This document shows, in pieces, positions 6,893 to 10,252 of a DNA stretch of 10,252 nt (positions are counted from its first letter, which is position 1; each line of letters opens with the position of its first letter). The DNA comes from Armatimonadota bacterium. Its GTDB lineage: Bacteria > Sysuimicrobiota > Sysuimicrobiia > Sysuimicrobiales > Humicultoraceae. The DNA lies in contig JBBIOM010000027.1 of NCBI GenBank assembly GCA_037443365.1, positions 1-10,252 on the forward strand, written 5' to 3'. Both the position numbers and the translations under genes were made by a program. The notes under the pieces were generated by a model. That model did not search any database. It was not told where the DNA came from and worked only from the letters and a program-made list of their open reading frames with translations.

Positions 6893-6958
6893 GGCCGTCC
6901 TCCTTTCTCCTGGGGAATCCTTACGGAGCCGCGGGCCGAACTCCTGCGTCCCCGGCCG

Positions 6959-7621
6959 CTAGGGGATCTCTTGCCGGTTTGGGTCCTGCTTCCACCAGAC
7001 GTACGAGAGGACCGTTAGAAGAAGCACTCCCCCCAACAGCACCGCCATCATGGCCCATACGGCCAGCCCCGAGCGCAGCAGCCCGGCCAGGATTGCCGCC
7101 GCACCGGCCAGGACGAACACCCTGCCGCCCATTCGGTGAGTCTTGTTCCACGACTCCTCGCTGGAGAGCGTCCAGGGCGTGCGGATTCCCACGAACCAGG
7201 TCGAGCGCAGCTTGCCCATGTAGTTTCCCAGGACGATGAGCACCACGCCGACCAGCACGGGCGTGACCCTCTCCACGCGGACCGGCATCCCCCTCGCCCA
7301 CATCACCACGACCAGATACACGGCGAACAGAAACGCGACCATGAGCGTGCGGATCAGGTTGTAGACGTCGGCGAAGCGCGCATAGTGCGCGCGCCGCGGA
7401 TCGATGCGCGGCAGAACAAGCATCAGCATGTAGATTCCGGCCGCCATGGCCGGGATGGCAAGGAGCCCTTCGGCCTTGCTACCGAATCGGTCGGGCGTTC
7501 CCTTCACATCCCAGTGAACCGGCATGCGATCCGGGGCAATGCCCCAGGTCAGACCTGCCAGCACCAGCATGGCCGCGATGAGGGCGAGACTCAGAACCTC
7601 GGTTCTCCACGAGACCTTCAC
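6959..7621 (-). CDS. sdpI: SdpI-family membrane immunity protein (DUF1648 + SdpI domains)
   Basis: PDRMPVHW...GTPDRFGSK, LPRIDPR, GNYMGK...WFVGIRTPWTLSSEESWNKTHRMGG and about 6 TM helices. SD AGAAGGAGGG at 7640-7631. Lies directly after an ArsR-family gene. Confidence 0.92.
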   Translation of the reverse strand: MKVSWRTEVLSLALIAAMLVLAGLTWGIAPDRMPVHWDVKGTPDRFGSKAEGLLAIPAMAAGIYMLMLVLPRIDPRRAHYARFADVYNLIRTLMVAFLFAVYLVVVMWARGMPVRVERVTPVLVGVVLIVLGNYMGKLRSTWFVGIRTPWTLSSEESWNKTHRMGGRVFVLAGAAAILAGLLRSGLAVWAMMAVLLGGVLLLTVLSYVWWKQDPNRQEIP

Positions 7622-7645
7622 GACGCTGGCCCCTCCTTCTGCTAC

Positions 7646-7927
7646 CTACTCGGTGGATCGGCCTACGGAGAACAGGCCCATCAGGAAGGCGACCACCTCT
7701 TCGAAGACCGACAGGTTCAGGCTGTAGATGATACCGGTGCCCCGCCGCTCGGCCTGAATGAGGCCGGCGGCCTTGAGCACGTTGAAGTGGCCCGACAGCG
7801 TGGAGCGGGCCAGGGGGAACCGCCCTGCGATCTCGCCGGCGGTCATGTCGCGGCGCCGCAGCAGGCGCAGGATCTCGCGCCGGGTGGGATCGGCCATGGC
7901 CCTGAATACCGCGTCCGTGGGCGCCAT
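7646..7927 (-). CDS. sdpR: ArsR/SmtB-family transcriptional repressor, SdpR-like
   Basis: VFRAMADPTRREILRLL...MTAGEIAGRF...STLSGHFNVLKAAGLI...GTGIIYSLNLSVFEE. No metal-sensing Cys. Lies upstream of sdpI. Confidence 0.9.
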   Translation of the reverse strand: MAPTDAVFRAMADPTRREILRLLRRRDMTAGEIAGRFPLARSTLSGHFNVLKAAGLIQAERRGTGIIYSLNLSVFEEVVAFLMGLFSVGRSTE

Positions 7928-7929
7928 GC

Positions 7930-7977
7930 TATTTCGTCATCCACCGAAATATTAGCGCGCGCGGGCGCAGCGGTCAA
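7930..7977 (-). promoter_or_regulatory. Sigma70 promoter and palindromic operator for sdpR-sdpI
   Basis: Minus strand: TTGACC (7977-7972), 17 nt, TAATAT (7954-7949). The perfect inverted repeat TATTTCG (7930-7936)-N8-CGAAATA (7945-7951) overlaps the -10 and the predicted start site. Confidence 0.8.
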
Positions 7978-8049
7978 TGCCGCGGTGCGGCAACACGCGC
8001 GCGGAGGAGAACTCCGCGGCGCTGGGAAAGTGATAGGGCGTGAAGGCCT

Positions 8050-9267
8050 GTGCCCACGCCTGAGGGCGACACCTACCAGCGTTATGCGCGGGCGATCCGC
8101 GGCGAGCGCCTGCCCCTTGCGCTGGTGGACATGGACGCGCTCGACCGCAACGTGGACACGCTGACCGCCCTGGTGCGCAGGGCGGGCAAGACGCTCCGGC
8201 TGGCCACCAAGTCCGTCCGCTGCCCGGCGCTCATTCGCTACATCCTCGAGCGCGGAGGCGGCACGGTCCGCGGGCTGATGGCCTACGCGGTGGAGGAGGC
8301 CGCGTTCCTTCTGGAGCAGGGCTTCGACGACCTCCTCGTGGCCTATCCCACGGTGCAGGCCTCCGACATGCGCGCCCTCGCCGAGGCCAACCGCGAGCGG
8401 GCCCGCGTTGCGGTCGTCGTTGACTGCCCCGAGCACCTGGAGCGCGCCAGCCAGGCCGCGCGCGAGGCGGGAAGCACGATCCCGGTCGTGGTCGAGGCGG
8501 ATCTCTCGTACCGCCCGCTTCGAGGGTTGCTGCACCTGGGAGTGCGGCGCAGCCCGCTGCGCACCCCGGAGGCGGTCGTGGATCTGGCCCAGCGCGCAGG
8601 CACCCTTCCCGGCCTGGCGCTGCAGGGGGTGATGGGCTACGAGGGGCAGATCGCGGGGATCGGCGAGGCCAACCCGCACTCGCGCCTGCTCAATCCCGCG
8701 AGGCGGCTTATCAAGATGCTCTCGGTGCCCCAGGTGGCCGCGGCGCGCGCACGCATCGCACACCTGCTCGCCGACCGCGGGATGCGCGTACAGGTCTATA
8801 ACGGCGGCGGTACCGGCAGCCTGCCCTCCACGGTGAGGGAGGCCTGCGTGACCGAGGTCACCGCCGGCTCGGGTTTTCTCGCCAGCCACCTGTTCGACTA
8901 CTACCCGCGCCTGGGCCTGAGCCCGGCGCTCTTCTTCGCGCTCCAGGTCGTGCGCCGGCCCGACCCACGGATAGTCACCTGCCACGGCGGCGGCTACATC
9001 GCGTCAGGCGAGGCCGGACGCGACCGGCTGCCCGTTCCTGCCTTGCCCGCGGGAATGGGGCTCCTTGCATTCGAGGGCGCCGGGGAGGTTCAGACCCCGC
9101 TGCGCCTGCCCCCTGGCGTGACACTGCGCCTCGGCGACCCGGTCTTCTTCCGGCATGCCAAGGCAGGCGAGCCCGCCGAGCATTTCACCGAGTACCTGCT
9201 CGTGCGCGGGGACCGCGTCGAGCAGCGGGCGCCCACCTACAGGGGGTACGGCCGGTGCCCGCTTTGA
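8050..9267 (+). CDS. Fold-type III PLP-dependent enzyme (alanine racemase N-terminal domain; D-serine dehydratase / D-threonine aldolase-like 'amino acid deaminase/aldolase')
   Basis: PLALVD..ALDRN, RLATKSVRC (PLP lysine), GFDDLLVAYP, GVRRSPL, GVMGYEGQIAG, NGGGTGS, EVTAGSG, GGGYIASG, EGAGEVQTP and FFRHAKAGE. Confidence 0.88.
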   Translation: MPTPEGDTYQRYARAIRGERLPLALVDMDALDRNVDTLTALVRRAGKTLRLATKSVRCPALIRYILERGGGTVRGLMAYAVEEAAFLLEQGFDDLLVAYPTVQASDMRALAEANRERARVAVVVDCPEHLERASQAAREAGSTIPVVVEADLSYRPLRGLLHLGVRRSPLRTPEAVVDLAQRAGTLPGLALQGVMGYEGQIAGIGEANPHSRLLNPARRLIKMLSVPQVAAARARIAHLLADRGMRVQVYNGGGTGSLPSTVREACVTEVTAGSGFLASHLFDYYPRLGLSPALFFALQVVRRPDPRIVTCHGGGYIASGEAGRDRLPVPALPAGMGLLAFEGAGEVQTPLRLPPGVTLRLGDPVFFRHAKAGEPAEHFTEYLLVRGDRVEQRAPTYRGYGRCPL

Positions 9268-9319
9268 TGGCTCCTGCGCAACAACGACCGGAACCGACCC
9301 TGGCCTAGAGGAGGCGACC

Positions 9320-10252
9320 GTGCGAAAAGAGATTGCACACCTGGTGCTTATCCCCATCGTCATTCTCGCGTGGGCGCGCATGGGCGCGCCGTGGCTCACG
9401 CGCTACTCCTGGGATGCCGTCGCAAAGTACCAGAGCCCCTACCTCGGGGCCATCGCCCCGGGACCGGAAGGCGACTCGGCCTCCCGCAGGGTGGTCCTGG
9501 TCGTGGTGGACGCCCTCCGGGCCGACGCCTCGCGCGCCCTGCCCAACCTCAACAAACTGCGTGAGGTCGGCGCAGACCTTACCGCGCGCGTCGGCCAGCC
9601 TTCGCTTTCGTTGCCATCCTGGACGGTCATCGGCACCGGGGCGTGGCAAGAGACGAGCGGGGTCACAACCAACTTCTACGACCGCGACATCCGGGTGGAG
9701 ACGATCTTCGAGGCGGCCAAGCGAAGGGGACTGACGACCGCGATAGTGGGCGGAGGCGATGGATGGCCGCAACTGTATGCCCGCGGCGTTGACGTCAACG
9801 TGGGCGTCAAGGGGCCTTCCGATCCCTACGCCGACCTGCCGGGCGTGCGCCGGCAGGACGACCAGGTGGAGGCGACGGCGCTGCGCATCCTGGCCGAGAG
9901 GAAGCCCGACCTCCTGCTCGTCCACCTGAGCGAGGGCGACAACGCGGGGCACGCGCGCGGCGCTGCCAGCCGGGAGTATGCGGACGCGCTCGCCACGATT
10001 GACGCGCGTATCGGCCGCCTGGTGGCCGCGCTCGACCTGCGCGAAGGCACGATCCTGGTGACCGGTGACCACGGCATGCTGGACCGCGGAGGGCACGGCG
10101 GCTGGGAGCCGGAGGTGTTGACCGTGCCGCTGGTCGCGTCCGGGGCCGGCATCCGGCCTGGGCGCCACGCGGACGCAACACAAGCCGACATAGCGCCCAC
10201 CGTGGCCGTGCTCCTGGGAACGAGCATCCCCGCGTCCAGCCAGGGCCGGCCG
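9320..10252 (+). CDS. Membrane-anchored alkaline phosphatase superfamily protein (NPP / GPI ethanolamine-phosphate transferase-like), 3'-truncated by the window edge
   Basis: Open frame from GTG 9320 (SD GAGGAGG 9308-9314) to the window end. Hand translation gives an N-terminal hydrophobic segment (HLVLIPIVILAW), then VVLVVVDALRAD, QPSLSLPSW, HLSEGDNAGH, TGDHGMLDRGGHGG and QADIAPTVAVLLGTSIP. Confidence 0.9.
   Translation, partial: MRKEIAHLVLIPIVILAWARMGAPWLTRYSWDAVAKYQSPYLGAIAPGPEGDSASRRVVLVVVDALRADASRALPNLNKLREVGADLTARVGQPSLSLPSWTVIGTGAWQETSGVTTNFYDRDIRVETIFEAAKRRGLTTAIVGGGDGWPQLYARGVDVNVGVKGPSDPYADLPGVRRQDDQVEATALRILAERKPDLLLVHLSEGDNAGHARGAASREYADALATIDARIGRLVAALDLREGTILVTGDHGMLDRGGHGGWEPEVLTVPLVASGAGIRPGRHADATQADIAPTVAVLLGTSIPASSQGRP

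Noticed and set aside
6743..6958. IS1-family insertion sequence
   Set aside because: Only a zinc-ribbon-like peptide is present; no DDE transposase frame, terminal inverted repeats or target duplication were seen.
6753..6962. 69-aa plus-strand ORF after aroA
   Set aside because: Antisense to the zinc-ribbon ORF, which has a strong SD and a coherent motif.
7997..8022. Hairpin CGCGGAG-GAGAA-CTCCGCG containing GGAGGAG
   Set aside because: The SD-like run is about 40 nt from the GTG at 8050 with no suitably spaced start, and there is no U-tract; function unsupported.
9305..10227. Track ORFs in the last kilobase (9305..10183 minus, 9333..9734 plus and others)
   Set aside because: Shadows of the real, stop-less frame starting at 9320 that carries alkaline phosphatase superfamily motifs.
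1..10252. CRISPR array, tRNA, rRNA, T-box or known riboswitch
   Set aside because: No regularly spaced repeats or recognisable RNA gene signatures were seen by eye; a covariance-model search was not possible.

Overview
A GC-rich bacterial chromosomal window. It holds a partial aromatic amino acid biosynthesis cluster (aroC, then a translationally coupled GNAT-aroH-aroA unit) split by an oppositely oriented, lower-GC gene for an AAA+ ATPase/HTH/PD-(D/E)XK (AAA_14 + DUF4143-type) protein that has its own dyad-containing promoter. Left of it are a GPH/MelB-type MFS transporter and a markedly AT-richer Cys-rich (DUF3795-like) gene that ends in an attC-like dyad. Right of it are an sdpR-sdpI-like repressor/immunity pair with a clear sigma70 promoter and operator, an unannotated 49-aa zinc-ribbon microprotein (too short for the ORF track) downstream of sdpI, a fold-type III PLP enzyme, and a 3'-truncated membrane-anchored alkaline-phosphatase-superfamily protein with GPI ethanolamine-phosphate-transferase-like motifs (also missing from the ORF track). 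No rRNA, tRNA, CRISPR array, integrase or intact transposase was seen. All family calls come from motif recognition, not database searches.
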